A stretch of 63,014 bases of DNA, filler included, from Thraustochytrium aureum (lineage: Eukaryota), in the NCBI GenBank assembly GCA_012862495.1. It is 6 parts of one record of this genome, joined end to end, with 100 filler letters (N's around TTAATTAATTAA, not from the genome) between each part and the next. Parts side by side here need not be neighbours in the genome. Positions count along the whole stretch, not along the records: positions 1 to 22,878 come from BLSG01000029.1; 5 more parts are not named here. One strand, given 5' to 3'. Positions 11,931 to 22,978 of the stretch are shown piece after piece. Below the pieces are notes generated by a model. That model was not told the origin of the DNA, made no database searches, and saw nothing but the letters and a program-made list of their open reading frames with translations. The position numbers and the translations under genes are program-made. Position 1 is the first letter of the stretch; the number at the start of each line of letters is the position of its first letter.

Positions 11931-12761
11931 AATAAGGAGGCTCCGTGTCAAAATGGTCCCCCTGCTCAGAGGAACAATCGATAATACGGTGACTCTAGCA
12001 TAGCAGGGATGCATGAATATTATGAAAAGAGGATTGGTCGAGGATACAGGCACTTCAACAAAAAGGCGTCCGAAGAGGATATATGGAGGGTGTCAGGACT
12101 CTGGCGCGGGCGATGAGGCGGTTTGGGAGGAGCAGAGCTGCAACGCGTGGGGCGGGCGCGCGGGAGGGCAGGGCACGCAGGCAGGCACGCAGGCAGGCGC
12201 TTAGGCAGGCAGGCAGGCAGGCAGGCGCTTAGGCAGGCAGGCAGCGGCGCNNNNNNNNNNNNNNNNNNNNNNNNNNNNNNNNNNNNNNNNNNNNNNNNNN
12301 NNNNNNNNNNNNNNNNNNNNNNNNNNNNNNNNNNNNNNNNNNNNNNNNNNNNNNNNNNNNNNNNNNNNNNNNNNNNNNNNNNNNNNNNNNNNNNNNNNNN
12401 NNNNNNNNNNNNNNNNNNNNNNNNNNNNNNNNNNNNNNNNNNNNNNNNNNNNNNNNNNNNNNNNNNNNNNNNNNNNNNNNNNNNNNNNNNNNNNNNNNNN
12501 NNNNNNNNNNNNNNNNNNNNNNNNNNNNNNNNNNNNNNNNNNNNNNNNNNNNNNNNNNNNNNNNNNNNNNNNNNNNNNNNNNNNNNNNNNNNNNNNNNNN
12601 NNNNNNNNNNNNNNNNNNNNNNNNNNNNNNNNNNNNNNNNNNNNNNNNNNNNNNNNNNNNNNNNNNNNNNNNNNNNNNNNNNNNNNNNNNNNNNNNNNNN
12701 NNNNNNNNNNNNNNNNNNNNNNNNNNNNNNNNNNNNNNNNNNNNNNNNNNNNNNNNNNNNN

Positions 12762-14150
12762 AGACCGACCAGGGCGGCCCCCGCACCAAAGAAAAAGCTC
12801 ACGCGCGGCAAGAAGAAATCGGCCGACTCCAACTCTGAGGTGTCAGACAGCGAGAACGACCAGGACGAGGACGAGGAGGAGGCCGACGACGCCGAGAGCA
12901 GGTCGAGCTCTAGCGAGGACGGGCGCCGCCGCCGCGGAGGCCGCGAGCGCGGGTCCGCGCAGAAACGCAACGAGGCAGACCCCTTGAAGGAGCCCATTGA
13001 CGTTGCCGACCTCGTCGCCATGCAGCTGACCCGCGACGTCCTCGTGCAGTGGTCAGAAGAAAAGTATTTCGAGGCGTGCGTCGGCGCCTTTGTGCGGCTG
13101 ATGATCGGCACCGCGCAGGGAGACCCAACGCGCCGCGTGTACCGGGTCTGTGAGATCGTTGGCGTGGACACGGTCGAAAACCCCTACAAGATCGACGGCA
13201 AGCTCGTCGACCACGAGCTCAGCTTGCAGCACGGCAAATTCACCAAAAAGTGGCGCCTCGACGCCATCTCAAACGCGCCCTTCCAGGCGGCCGAGTACGA
13301 CACCTGGTGCGCCAACATGCGCGCCTCAAAAAAGCAGATCCCCAAGAAGAGGCTTCGGCGCATGTTTGAGGATCGCATCCGGAGAGAAGTGATCGAGTAC
13401 AAGCCGAGTCCCGCGGACGTGCGCGAGAAGATCGACCGGAACCGTCGCCGGCGCAAGGGCTTTGTCAACATGGCTATGGAGAAGAGCGAGCTCCTGCGCG
13501 AGATGAGCGTCGCGAAGGACGCCGGCGACGAGAAGCGCGTGTCCGAGATAGAACTGCGGCTGCTCGAACTCAAAGAGGTCCAAGAGCGTCGCGCTCGAGT
13601 GATCCACGAAGAGTACGCTCACAACGCAAACATCAACAAGCGCAACGCCTTGATGAACCGAGACGGCGCAGGGACCATTGTGCAGCGCGTCGACGCTAAA
13701 GGCGACAAAGTGTGGAACCCGTTTGCGCGAATGCCCACGCGTCCGGGCAACCTCTGGTCCACGCTGCCCCCTGGCGCAACGGGGGAGGGCGAGGAGGGCC
13801 GGGAAGGCGGCGAGGAGGGCACGGATAAAAAGGACGCGGACTCGCACGGTGCCGCTGCGACAGAGTGGGGCGGCGCTGACGAAAACGGCGGCGGGCCAGC
13901 CGCGTCGGATGCCTTGGGCCTCTCGCCGTTCAAAAAGCAGACCCGCTCGCTGGTTACCGAGGTCAAGACAATTCACGGGCAGATCAACATCGAGCTGGAT
14001 GAGCCTGGGCTGGATGGCGCGGCGGACCTTGCGGCGAGCAAGAGGAGGAAGAAGAAGCCAGTGTTGGCGGGCAAGCCCAGGGCCACCGGCCCCAAAAAGA
14101 CGCGCATGTCGTTGCAAGAGTATGTGCAGCGCATGCATGGGTCAACCTAG
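12762..14150 (+). CDS. RTF1: PAF1 complex subunit RTF1 (Plus3 domain); 5' end in gap
   Basis: Plus3-like LTRDVLVQW...FEACVGAFVRLMIG...YRVCEIVGV...LQHGK...AISNAPF; C-terminal INKRN and NPFARMPTRP. Confidence 0.88.
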   Translation, partial: RPTRAAPAPKKKLTRGKKKSADSNSEVSDSENDQDEDEEEADDAESRSSSSEDGRRRRGGRERGSAQKRNEADPLKEPIDVADLVAMQLTRDVLVQWSEEKYFEACVGAFVRLMIGTAQGDPTRRVYRVCEIVGVDTVENPYKIDGKLVDHELSLQHGKFTKKWRLDAISNAPFQAAEYDTWCANMRASKKQIPKKRLRRMFEDRIRREVIEYKPSPADVREKIDRNRRRRKGFVNMAMEKSELLREMSVAKDAGDEKRVSEIELRLLELKEVQERRARVIHEEYAHNANINKRNALMNRDGAGTIVQRVDAKGDKVWNPFARMPTRPGNLWSTLPPGATGEGEEGREGGEEGTDKKDADSHGAAATEWGGADENGGGPAASDALGLSPFKKQTRSLVTEVKTIHGQINIELDEPGLDGAADLAASKRRKKKPVLAGKPRATGPKKTRMSLQEYVQRMHGST

Positions 14151-15026
14151 ACTACAGTTAGCCGACTGCTCCGAAGGGAAGGCGCGCGCGGTCGAGACCT
14201 CGGAAGAGCGACCTGAACGCAAATTAGATACGAATGCCCAACCTGTGCCCAGCTGCTCACTCTGAAAGCCTGCAGCTTGGCCTCCTTGTGAGAGAGGCAG
14301 TAGCGGCTCTTGCTGCGAGCGCGCGGGGTTGGCCTCCTCGAGCAGCCTGCGAGCGCGCTCATCTTCGGCGAGGTGTAGCCCACCCAGGGAGCCTGAGCGA
14401 GCCCCTTCCCCCGCCCCTTCCTTCTTGCCCGCCGAGCCGCAAGCTGCAAGGTCGACTCGGAGCGGCTCGCGCGACGTCGCCGCGCGTGGGTGCAATGGGC
14501 CACCTACTCCCCTCGCGCTGCACTTTGCGGCGCCCCTGGCTGCCATACTTGAGCGAAGCTGGCCGCGAGCCAAAGTTTGGACGGGCGGACGCTCATTCAT
14601 GTGGCTCGCCCAGGACGCTTTGGCGAAGAGCATCGTACTAAGCCTTGCTCGCCGGTTCGCAGAGCTGTCGCTCAGCCCCTCACGCGTAGCGAGGAGCGCA
14701 CGGCGGGTCTGGACACCCTTCTACAAGACTGGCGTTATACAGAAAGCATGCCTATTCATTCCTCTTGTAGTACCTGCCAGTGAACTCTGAACGAGGCTGG
14801 GCAAGATTTCGACGCCTATGGGGCGGTGCAGATTTGCGAAGGCAGCGCATGGCATGGCAAGGCATGACTTTTCACAATGAAACTACTACTTTCCGTTCCA
14901 GCACCTCCAGATCAACAGAGCTGCGGCGCGCACGTTTGCCGCTGTCAACAGGTCGGCTGCGGCGCTAGCTGCTACCGCAAAAAGCGCTCTGCTTGCTCAA
15001 GCGAATAGGTAGGTTCCACCAACCTC

Positions 15027-15430
15027 CTACGTCGCGGACCCAGAACCGGCCGTGGCCTGCCCGTCAAACTCCCGGACAAACTCGTACACCGTCCAGCTGA
15101 TCCCCATACTCAGCGGGCGGCGCACCATGCGCGCTGCGACGCCGGTAAAATAGCCGGCCAGCCCACGCGCTCGCCACAGCGACACGACGCCCTCAATGAT
15201 CCCCACATTGTTAAGCTGCACGTGCGTCCTCAACGCGTCCGCGGGGTGCGTAACAACCGAAGCGAGGGCCCCAGCCACCACCGCGCTCGCCAAGTTCAGG
15301 ACCGGGTCTGAAAGCACCCCCTCGCCGGCGCGGTGGGCCCAAGGTCGCAGCATCGTCTGGTACAGCATCAGGTACAAGCCAGAGGAGGGCAGGTCGCGCA
15401 CAAGCGTTGGGACCACGCCGCGAAAGAGGC
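15027..15430 (-). CDS. Mitochondrial carrier, SLC25A38/Hem25-like glycine carrier (C-terminal part only)
   Basis: LFRGVVPTLVRDLPSSGLYL, THPADALRTHVQL, ARMVRRPLSMGISWTVYE resemble SLC25A38 (RDAPFSGIY, RR...AWTVYE) from recall. Confidence 0.75.
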
Positions 15431-16352
15431 NNNNNNNNNNNNNNNNNNNNNNNNNNNNNNNNNNNNNNNNNNNNNNNNNNNNNNNNNNNNNNNNNNNNNN
15501 NNNNNNNNNNNNNNNNNNNNNNNNNNNNNNNNNNNNNNNNNNNNNNNNNNNNNNNNNNNNNNNNNNNNNNNNNNNNNNNNNNNNNNNNNNNNNNNNNNNN
15601 NNNNNNNNNNNNNNNNNNNNNNNNNNNNNNNNNNNNNNNNNNNNNNNNNNNNNNNNNNNNNNNNNNNNNNNNNNNNNNNNNNNNNNNNNNNNNNNNNNNN
15701 NNNNNNNNNNNNNNNNNNNNNNNNNNNNNNNNNNNNNNNNNNNNNNNNNNNNNNNNNNNNNNNNNNNNNNNNNNNNNNNNNNNNNNNNNNNNNNNNNNNN
15801 NNNNNNNNNNNNNNNNNNNNNNNNNNNNNNNNNNNNNNNNNNNNNNNNNNNNNNNNNNNNNNNNNNNNNNNNNNNNNNNNNNNNNNNNNNNNNNNNNNNN
15901 NNNNNNNNNNNNNNNNNNNNNNNNNNNNNNNNNNNNNNNNNNNNNNNNNNNNNNNNNNNNNNNNNNNNNNNNNNNNNNNNNNNNNNNNNNNNNNNNNNNN
16001 NNNNNNNNNNNNNNNNNNNNNNNNNNNNNNNNNNNNNNNNNNNNNNNNNNNNNNNNNNNNNNNNNNNNNNNNNNNNNNNNNNNNNNNNNNNNNNNNNNNN
16101 NNNNNNNNNNNNNNNNNNNNNNNNNNNNNNNNNNNNNNNNNNNNNNNNNNNNNNNNNNNNNNNNNNNNNNNNNNNNNNNNNNNNNNNNNNNNNNNNNNNN
16201 NNNNNNNNNNNNNNNNNNNNNNNNNNNNNNNNNNNNNNNNNNNNNNNNNNNNNNNNNNNNNNNNNNNNNNNNNNNNNNNNNNNNNNNNNNNNNNNNNNNN
16301 NNNNNNNNNNNNNNNNNNNNNNNNNNNNNNNNNNNNNNNNNNNNNNNNNNNN

Positions 16353-17152
16353 TCCACGCGGCCGATGTTCCAGCACTGGGCCTGCGAGGTGAGCTCGGCA
16401 TTCATGCAGCCGAGCTTGGGGCCGCACCATGTGCACTGGTACGCCGAGTTGGACATGGCCAGGCAACCGTTCGGGTTGTTCTTCTCGGGGTTGTTGCAGG
16501 GGGACTGGTAGCAGCCAGGGTGGTCAAGCCCGCGCTCTGCGCGGTTCTGCTCTTTGGTGTACCACACGCAGCGGCCGCCCGTGTTTTGGATGGTGCACTT
16601 GCCGTTGTTGATGCGGAAGCAGGGGTCGGGGATGCAGGTCTCTGCCTCCGCCTGCAGGTTGCGCCCAGCCGTCAGCAGCCGCTTGTCGTCGTCGCGACCC
16701 CACGCCCAGAGTTTACCGACCCACATGCATCCCTGCGTTCCTTTGCACGAGGATTTGTCTAGGGTCAAGCACGGCTTGCTGAGCTGGTTGAGCATCTCCT
16801 GGCGGAACGGGTCTGCCATGCAGGAGCTAAAGGTCGCCGGCTTATCGGCCTGCATGGCCAATACCGCGGCGCAAACGTCCGACTTTACGGCATTGTTCTT
16901 CTTGGACTGCTTTCTCTTCTTGAGCTGGCGCCATCCTCTCTCTTGATCCAACTCGAGGGTGTTACTATCGTCACTTACGACCTCGGGCCGGGGGCTCGCG
17001 AGATTGCGATCGATCGCAGTCGCAGTGTCTGCGAGCTGGACGGCGGCGGACTCCACGGCGGCGTCCCCGCTTTCTTCGCGCAGGTTGCGTCCTTGGGCAT
17101 AGGCGACCGCGACGACGCCGACCATGCAGAGGGTGCTGCGCCAGGCGACCAT
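16353..17152 (-). CDS. Secreted cysteine-rich protein with multiple RxL motifs; 3' end in gap
   Basis: Signal peptide MVAWRSTLCMVGVVAVAYA, then QGRNLREE; C-x-W repeats (GCMWVG, RCVWYT, QCTWCG); strong coding codon bias. Confidence 0.8.
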
Positions 17153-18832
17153 TGTAGCCTTTTTGATCAAGAACCTCGCGGCGAACCGACTACGGCTCGG
17201 CGGCGCTTGGTGCTCTCGAGTCTTGCTTGTTCGCTAAGCTAGTCTTGCGCTAGTCCTGCGTGTCTGCGTTCTGGTTTTGCCCGGTTGAATTCGGGGTCTG
17301 CCTGGCAGTGCCTCGAAAGGCTGGCCCAGGTCTCCAAGATGTGGGTGGCGCGGGACGGACCTTGCCGATCTGCACGGAGAGAAGAGATTTTTGCATGGCG
17401 TGGCATAGACGTAGACACAAGCTGGCGACCGCCTCGATCGCCAGCCTACCATCGTCGCCCTAACAAGCCGCATGGCTGTGAGGACGCCGCGGAGGCAAGC
17501 AAGCGCAGCATGCAGTCACAAACGCAAATGTTACGTTACTCAAAGCTACAGCCCCTGTTCGCTATGCCCCCTGTTCGTTGCTCTGTTTTCAACCTCCGCG
17601 CGGCCCCGCGGACACCCGCGCCAGTCTCTCGGGGTTGATGTGAGACGCCGAGGCGCACGACCTGCACCGGCTCAGGCCAACGCAGCGAGCGCGTCGATTG
17701 CTCGCAGTAGAAATTAGGATCGAGTCACTCCAAAACGATAAAAACGGCACGGCACAGTGCTGGTTGGTCGACAAAGTCGCAGCTGGCTCGAATCGTAGTT
17801 GGCGCCACGGTTCTCACCGCGGCACTCGTTGAATCGAGGCCCAGTTGAAAAGAAAACCAAAGGCGGCACGGCCTGTAGCCCCGGGCGGACGGCGCGGATC
17901 GCTCGCTCTGCTGGGGGCGCCACGATCCTACATATCCGTTTCGAAAGGCACAACTCGCTCTCCTCGAGAGTTGGAACTCTCGCTCCTGGTCAGGGCCAAC
18001 CGACTGATTCGAGCGATCCGGCACCGATGGCCAGGACGAGCACGAGCTGCCACCAGAGGCGTGGAGCCAGCAGCTCTGGACGACAGGCCCGCGCCGCGCA
18101 AGCGGGAGTGATGGGTCGGACACGATCAATTTGCGGCCGCATGCCCCCATCCACCTCGAGCTGCAAGCCTCCTCCAGGACCGTTGGCTACCGTCGCACGC
18201 CGAGCAAGAGCAAGCAGGCNNNNNNNNNNNNNNNNNNNNNNNNNNNNNNNNNNNNNNNNNNNNNNNNNNNNNNNNNNNNNNNNNNNNNNNNNNNNNNNNN
18301 NNNNNNNNNNNNNNNNNNNNNNNNNNNNNNNNNNNNNNNNNNNNNNNNNNNNNNNNNNNNNNNNNNNNNNNNNNNNNNNNNNNNNNNNNNNNNNNNNNNN
18401 NNNNNNNNNNNNNNNNNNNNNNNNNNNNNNNNNNNNNNNNNNNNNNNNNNNNNNNNNNNNNNNNNNNNNNNNNNNNNNNNNNNNNNNNNNNNNNNNNNNN
18501 NNNNNNNNNNNNNNNNNNNNNNNNNNNNNNNNNNNNNNNNNNNNNNNNNNNNNNNNNNNNNNNNNNNNNNNNNNNNNNNNNNNNNNNNNNNNNNNNNNNN
18601 NNNNNNNNNNNNNNNNNNNNNNNNNNNNNNNNNNNNNNNNNNNNNNNNNNNNNNNNNNNNNNNNNNNNNNNNNNNNNNNNNNNNNNNNNNNNNNNNNNNN
18701 NNNNNNNNNNNNNNNNNNNNNNNNNNNNNNNNNNNNNNNNNNNNNNNNNNNNNNNNNNNNNNNNNNNNNNNNNNNNNNNNNNNNNNNNNNNNNNNNNNNN
18801 NNNNNNNNNNTTGTTGCCGTTCGGAAACTTAC

Positions 18833-19107
18833 AGTCCGGCTTCATTCGCTTGCAGTGTCCACTGTTCCAGGCCCCGGCCGCGCGCGGTGCAGGCCAGGTC
18901 AGCGCCAGGGTCCCACCCACACGTAGGCAGGAAAGCCGGCTCGCAAACTTACCACCACGGCGCAAAGAACTTGACGAACGCGTTCTTGCCGCTGTTGAGC
19001 ACAACGTCCCCAAACGTGTCCGGCGTGAGCTCGAGCGTGGCCTCGGCGCCGGACGGCACCAACGCCGCGGCCACCGCCGCGACAACAACCCCGGAAAACT
19101 TGACCAT
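18833..19107 (-). CDS. Protein disulfide-isomerase/thioredoxin-fold ER protein, exons 1-2 (19107-18953, 18861-18833); remainder in gap
   Basis: Spliced reading MVKFSGVVVAAVAAALVPSGAEATLELTPDTFGDVVLNSGKNAFVKFFAPWC|GHCKRMKPD; GTAAGT donors at 18952 and 18832, CAG acceptor at 18862. Confidence 0.88.
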
Positions 19108-21119
19108 CCTCCCGACCGAAGCCTTCCGTCAACCAGCCGCTCAGCCGCCGCCTGCCAACCGTGCCCGCACACAAGCCCCGCCTTCCAGCTCCCGTCACCG
19201 GCCCAGGATCACGCAAGGCAGCCTCCAGAACGTGCTCTGCGCCATCGCCAGATCACAACTCGTTTCGATCGATCGCCAGGTTGGCATCCTGGCTGATTTC
19301 CCGAGCTCCGTCAAGTTGCCCTCGAAAGACCACAGAGGTTGTCACACGTCATAGGCACCGAGCGCCACGAGTCATCCCTCGATTAACCATCGTGCAGACG
19401 AGCAGCCGACACGACCGAGTCGGCAGAAGTCTTCCTCGGGAAACGCTAGGGATAACGGCAGACGTATGGGAGCCGGGTCGAGAACAGAGCGACGAGTCAG
19501 CAGCGGAAGAAGCACGCGCGAGAAAGAAAGCGCGAAATGCATTGAGGGCCGGTGGGTGGTGAGAGGGCGGCCAAGGTGAGGACGAGGACGCGGACGCGGA
19601 CGCGGAGAGACAGCTCCAACTTTCTGTCGCATGCGGTCGTTGGCAGGCCACGCTGGCATCTGTCCTGATGAATTCTGCAGCCAAGGCTTGCTCGAAAATG
19701 GCCGCGCTCTGGCGGACATGAGCACTGTGCAACTTGAATTTGGATCCTTCTCGTTTCTCTGCGGTGACCGCTCCGAACGACGACAACAAGGGCTTGCTTG
19801 CATGTGCAAGATGACGAGCCTACCAGCTAGCCCAAGGTAGAGTCTCCTTCCGCCGCGCTCCTTCAAGTTCTGGTCGGCCGAGTTGGTCGCGGCTGACCGC
19901 CGCTGAGAGAGCTTCTGACTTGCTTCTGAACTGATCAGAACACATCATCAGGCTCAACGAAGAACGACGCAAGGCCTGGGCAGAGTGCTCATCTCTCGGC
20001 TCGACTCCTCCGCGTCGGCCTCGTTCTTGCCGAAGGGAAGCAAGCGTTGGTGGCCAGTGATGATGGATGAAAGACAACGGATCCGCCCCGCGAAAGACAG
20101 CCGTAGCGGATCACAATGGCTCGGTCGCCTGTGGTTTTGTGGCCCGCGCATGGCAGCGCGCCTGGGAAGGACGTGCCGCGCTGACAACTGACTCGAGTTT
20201 GCTCTTGGTTTGCTCTACTTGTTGCACCTGACCTACATGCGCGCGATACGAGAGAGGCTCTGGCCGTGTTCTCGAAGCCACGCTGGCAGCAAGGAGGGGC
20301 GATCCATCCTCAAAGACCCGCCGGCTGGGCGCGTCAGCTGCCAGGGACTTTGCGTCCGGACCACTGCTGCTCTTGGTGGACACGAGGAAGTCGGCGATGG
20401 CTGGTGAGCTAGCTGCCTGGATCTGGATCTTTTCCAAAGTAAGAAANNNNNNNNNNNNNNNNNNNNNNNNNNNNNNNNNNNNNNNNNNNNNNNNNNNNNN
20501 NNNNNNNNNNNNNNNNNNNNNNNNNNNNNNNNNNNNNNNNNNNNNNNNNNNNNNNNNNNNNNNNNNNNNNNNNNNGTAGGAACTATAGCGGGAGCAGCGC
20601 GTTGCCCTTCAGCGCGCTGCGTCTCACCCTCCTGATCACCCCCCGCACCGCTTCTTCAGCGCGATGTTCCTGCTGCAAGCGAGCCTGCCTGCCTGATCGT
20701 GATGATAATGATTGATGAACCGGCGAGTGGTGGGTTCGGGTGCGACGGCGCGTTCGCGTGTGCGGATGACGACGGCAGATGCCCCTCCGGCTCTCGAGTT
20801 GCCGCCCCTGATCGGGCAAATGGACATCAGTTGGCTCGCCGCATAATGCGCTATGCAGCCGCGGTCAGCGCGTGAGCGAAGCGACGTCCGGAGCATTCGT
20901 TGGCGACCAGCGTGGCCACCATCTTGGGCGCCTTCGTCTTCCAGTCGACACTCGTTGTAAGGAGGAAAACTGCACGGTCTGCAGCCAACCATGACTAGAA
21001 GCTAGGCGCGGCGCCCGCTGCTGCGGCGGAGCGGGCAGATCCCAAACGACATCAAGCAACTCAACAAGCAACAACCAAGCAACCCCCCAGCCCCACCACT
21101 CAACAACCAACCAACAAAA

Positions 21120-21386
21120 ATGGCCACCCAAGCCCCCGTCGCCTACCCGACCCCGGTCGAGGAGAAGCCCGTCGAGAAGGCCCCGCTCCAGGAGACCGTC
21201 GACCTCGTCTCTGACCCGGCCGTCGTCGCCTCCACGGAGACCGTCGAGGTTGCCGAGCAGGCCCCTGTCGAGGAGACCGAGGCGACCGAGGAGACCGAGG
21301 AGACCGAGGAGACCGAGGAGGCCCCCGCCGCCGTCGAGGGCGAGGAGTCTGCTGACGGCGAGGCCGAGGCCGACATGGAGGCCTAA
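21120..21386 (+). CDS. Small highly acidic low-complexity protein (88 aa, EET repeats)
   Basis: ATG preceded by CAA-rich leader (CAACAAAAATG); extreme C/G third-position bias (GAG, ACC, GTC, GCC). Confidence 0.75.
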   Translation: MATQAPVAYPTPVEEKPVEKAPLQETVDLVSDPAVVASTETVEVAEQAPVEETEATEETEETEETEEAPAAVEGEESADGEAEADMEA

Positions 21387-21613
21387 GCGCAGAGCGCCTG
21401 GTGCTAGATGATGTCCAAGCTTGATCAGAACAGAAATCCAACCTGCAATACTCTCACTCCATTCCCGCCCCACCCCACAGGCACCCCACCCCTCCTTGTT
21501 GCGGCGCGACCACCAATGCCTGCCTGCTCCATCAGAGCCTGAAGAGGAAAAAGCAACGCAACGCGCAACAGGCATGGTCTATCAAATTAACAAAGCAGTG
21601 GCTGTCGAGCAGG

Positions 21614-22637
21614 TCAGTGAAGGTCCTCGAGCGGGCCGTACTCTGACATCCTGACCTTGTGGTAGGCCGGCGAAGGCGCCGCCTGGTTCGAGTCCTTCGC
21701 CTTGGCATAAAGCACGACGCCGGCGATTGCCAGAGTGATACCGAACGCGTTGATGGCATTGATCTCGTTCCCAAAGTACCAAACAGAAAAGAGAATGGTG
21801 ATGACGCGGCGAAACGCGTTGGCAACGCCGTGTGTGACCATCCGCACGCGCGAGAGGACGTAGAACGACGTCTGGTTGTACAAGACGTACGTGATGCCGT
21901 TCAGGAAGGCGTACTGGATCGCTTCCATCGTCAGCAGGGTCTCCGTGGAGGCCGCCAAGTAGTATCGAGCCCGCGGCGCGCCTTCCTTGCTCGCGCCCAT
22001 GGCAAGCCCGTACACCTCGACGGCGAGCGCCAGCCCGCCGAGCCACACCACGCCGAGGCACGACACGTGGAAGAATACATTGAACGCGTCGCCGTCGTAG
22101 ACCTCTTTGAGCTTCTTTGTGTACATGGACCGAAGGCTAAACGCCAGGTTGCTGATGCATACAAAAAGCAGGCCTGTCAAGCTGAACGAGCTGTCCCCCA
22201 AGCTCGAAAGAGCGCCGCCGACCACGATGGGGGCCATTGCCGCGATCTCGAGGCGCGACACCGGCTCCGAGCGCAAAAACAGCAGCGCGAGCGCCACGGT
22301 GACCAGCGGCTCCGCGGACCGCAACGTTTCAGCCAGCGACACGTTGACCATCACGTACCCAGCGTTCACGAAGAGAAACCCGACAGAGTAGACGGCAGTG
22401 AGCCGCAGGAACTCGCCGCGCGCCGCCGCTGGGACCTCCTTGACAGGCCTGAGGTTGAGGACCCTCAGCATCAACAAACCCGAACCCGGACGCCATTGCG
22501 AACTGGCACAGCGTCAGCCATATCGGCAGCGGCGTCTGTGTCAGAAGCTTGCGCGAGGTCGTGTTGGCCACCGCCGAGGTGGAGTACCACAGCGCTATGC
22601 AAATGCCGATCTCGGCCACGAACTTGGTCTCTACCAT
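21614..22637 (-). CDS. Triose-phosphate/nucleotide-sugar transporter family protein (SLC35E-like); frameshift ~22478
   Basis: IALWYSTS, LTLCQF, VSLAETLRSAEPLVTV, MAPIVVGGALSS, SNLAFSLRSMYTKKL, YNQTSFYVLSRV..VTHGVANAFRRVITI. Confidence 0.88.
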
Positions 22638-22922
22638 CGCCCTCGGCTCTGCACGGCGTTGGGACCTCCAGGCCAGGCAGTGCGCGACCCGATGTAGAAT
22701 CTACGCGGCACCACGCGGCACAGGTCGTGTCGGTGTGCTCTCGCGGTTGGGGCGATCGAAGGCGCAGCGCTCGGCGCCTCTGGCCCTCGGGCCAATCGTA
22801 CGTCGTCGACTTTCTCTGTTGATCGCATTGTTCGCCACAGCGGACAAGCGCACGAGAACGAGACCGAGTATTGACCCCNNNNNNNNNNNNNNNNNNNNNN
22901 NNNNNNNNNNNNNNNNNNNNNN

Positions 22923-22934
22923 TTAATTAATTAA
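22923..22934. other. Artificial scaffold linker TTAATTAATTAA in N run (also 41405-41416, 52306-52317, 59097-59108, 61015-61026)
   Basis: Identical 12-mer giving stops in all six frames, centred in ~100-nt N blocks. Confidence 0.95.
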
Positions 22935-22978
22935 NNNNNNNNNNNNNNNNNNNNNNNNNNNNNNNNNNNNNNNNNNNN

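Noticed and set aside
15368..17170. ORF-track fusions across N gaps (e.g. Cys-rich protein with carrier, CFAP45 922 aa, 47884-49836)
   Set aside because: N runs suppress stop codons; the two sides belong to different genes or frames
19161..20445. Plus-strand frame interrupted only by TGA (19560, 19719, 19812, 19932, 20058, 20061, 20229): selenoprotein or TGA reassignment
   Set aside because: TGA dominates off-frame stops in GC-rich, TA-poor DNA; the peptide is not protein-like; real genes here end in TGA, TAG and TAA
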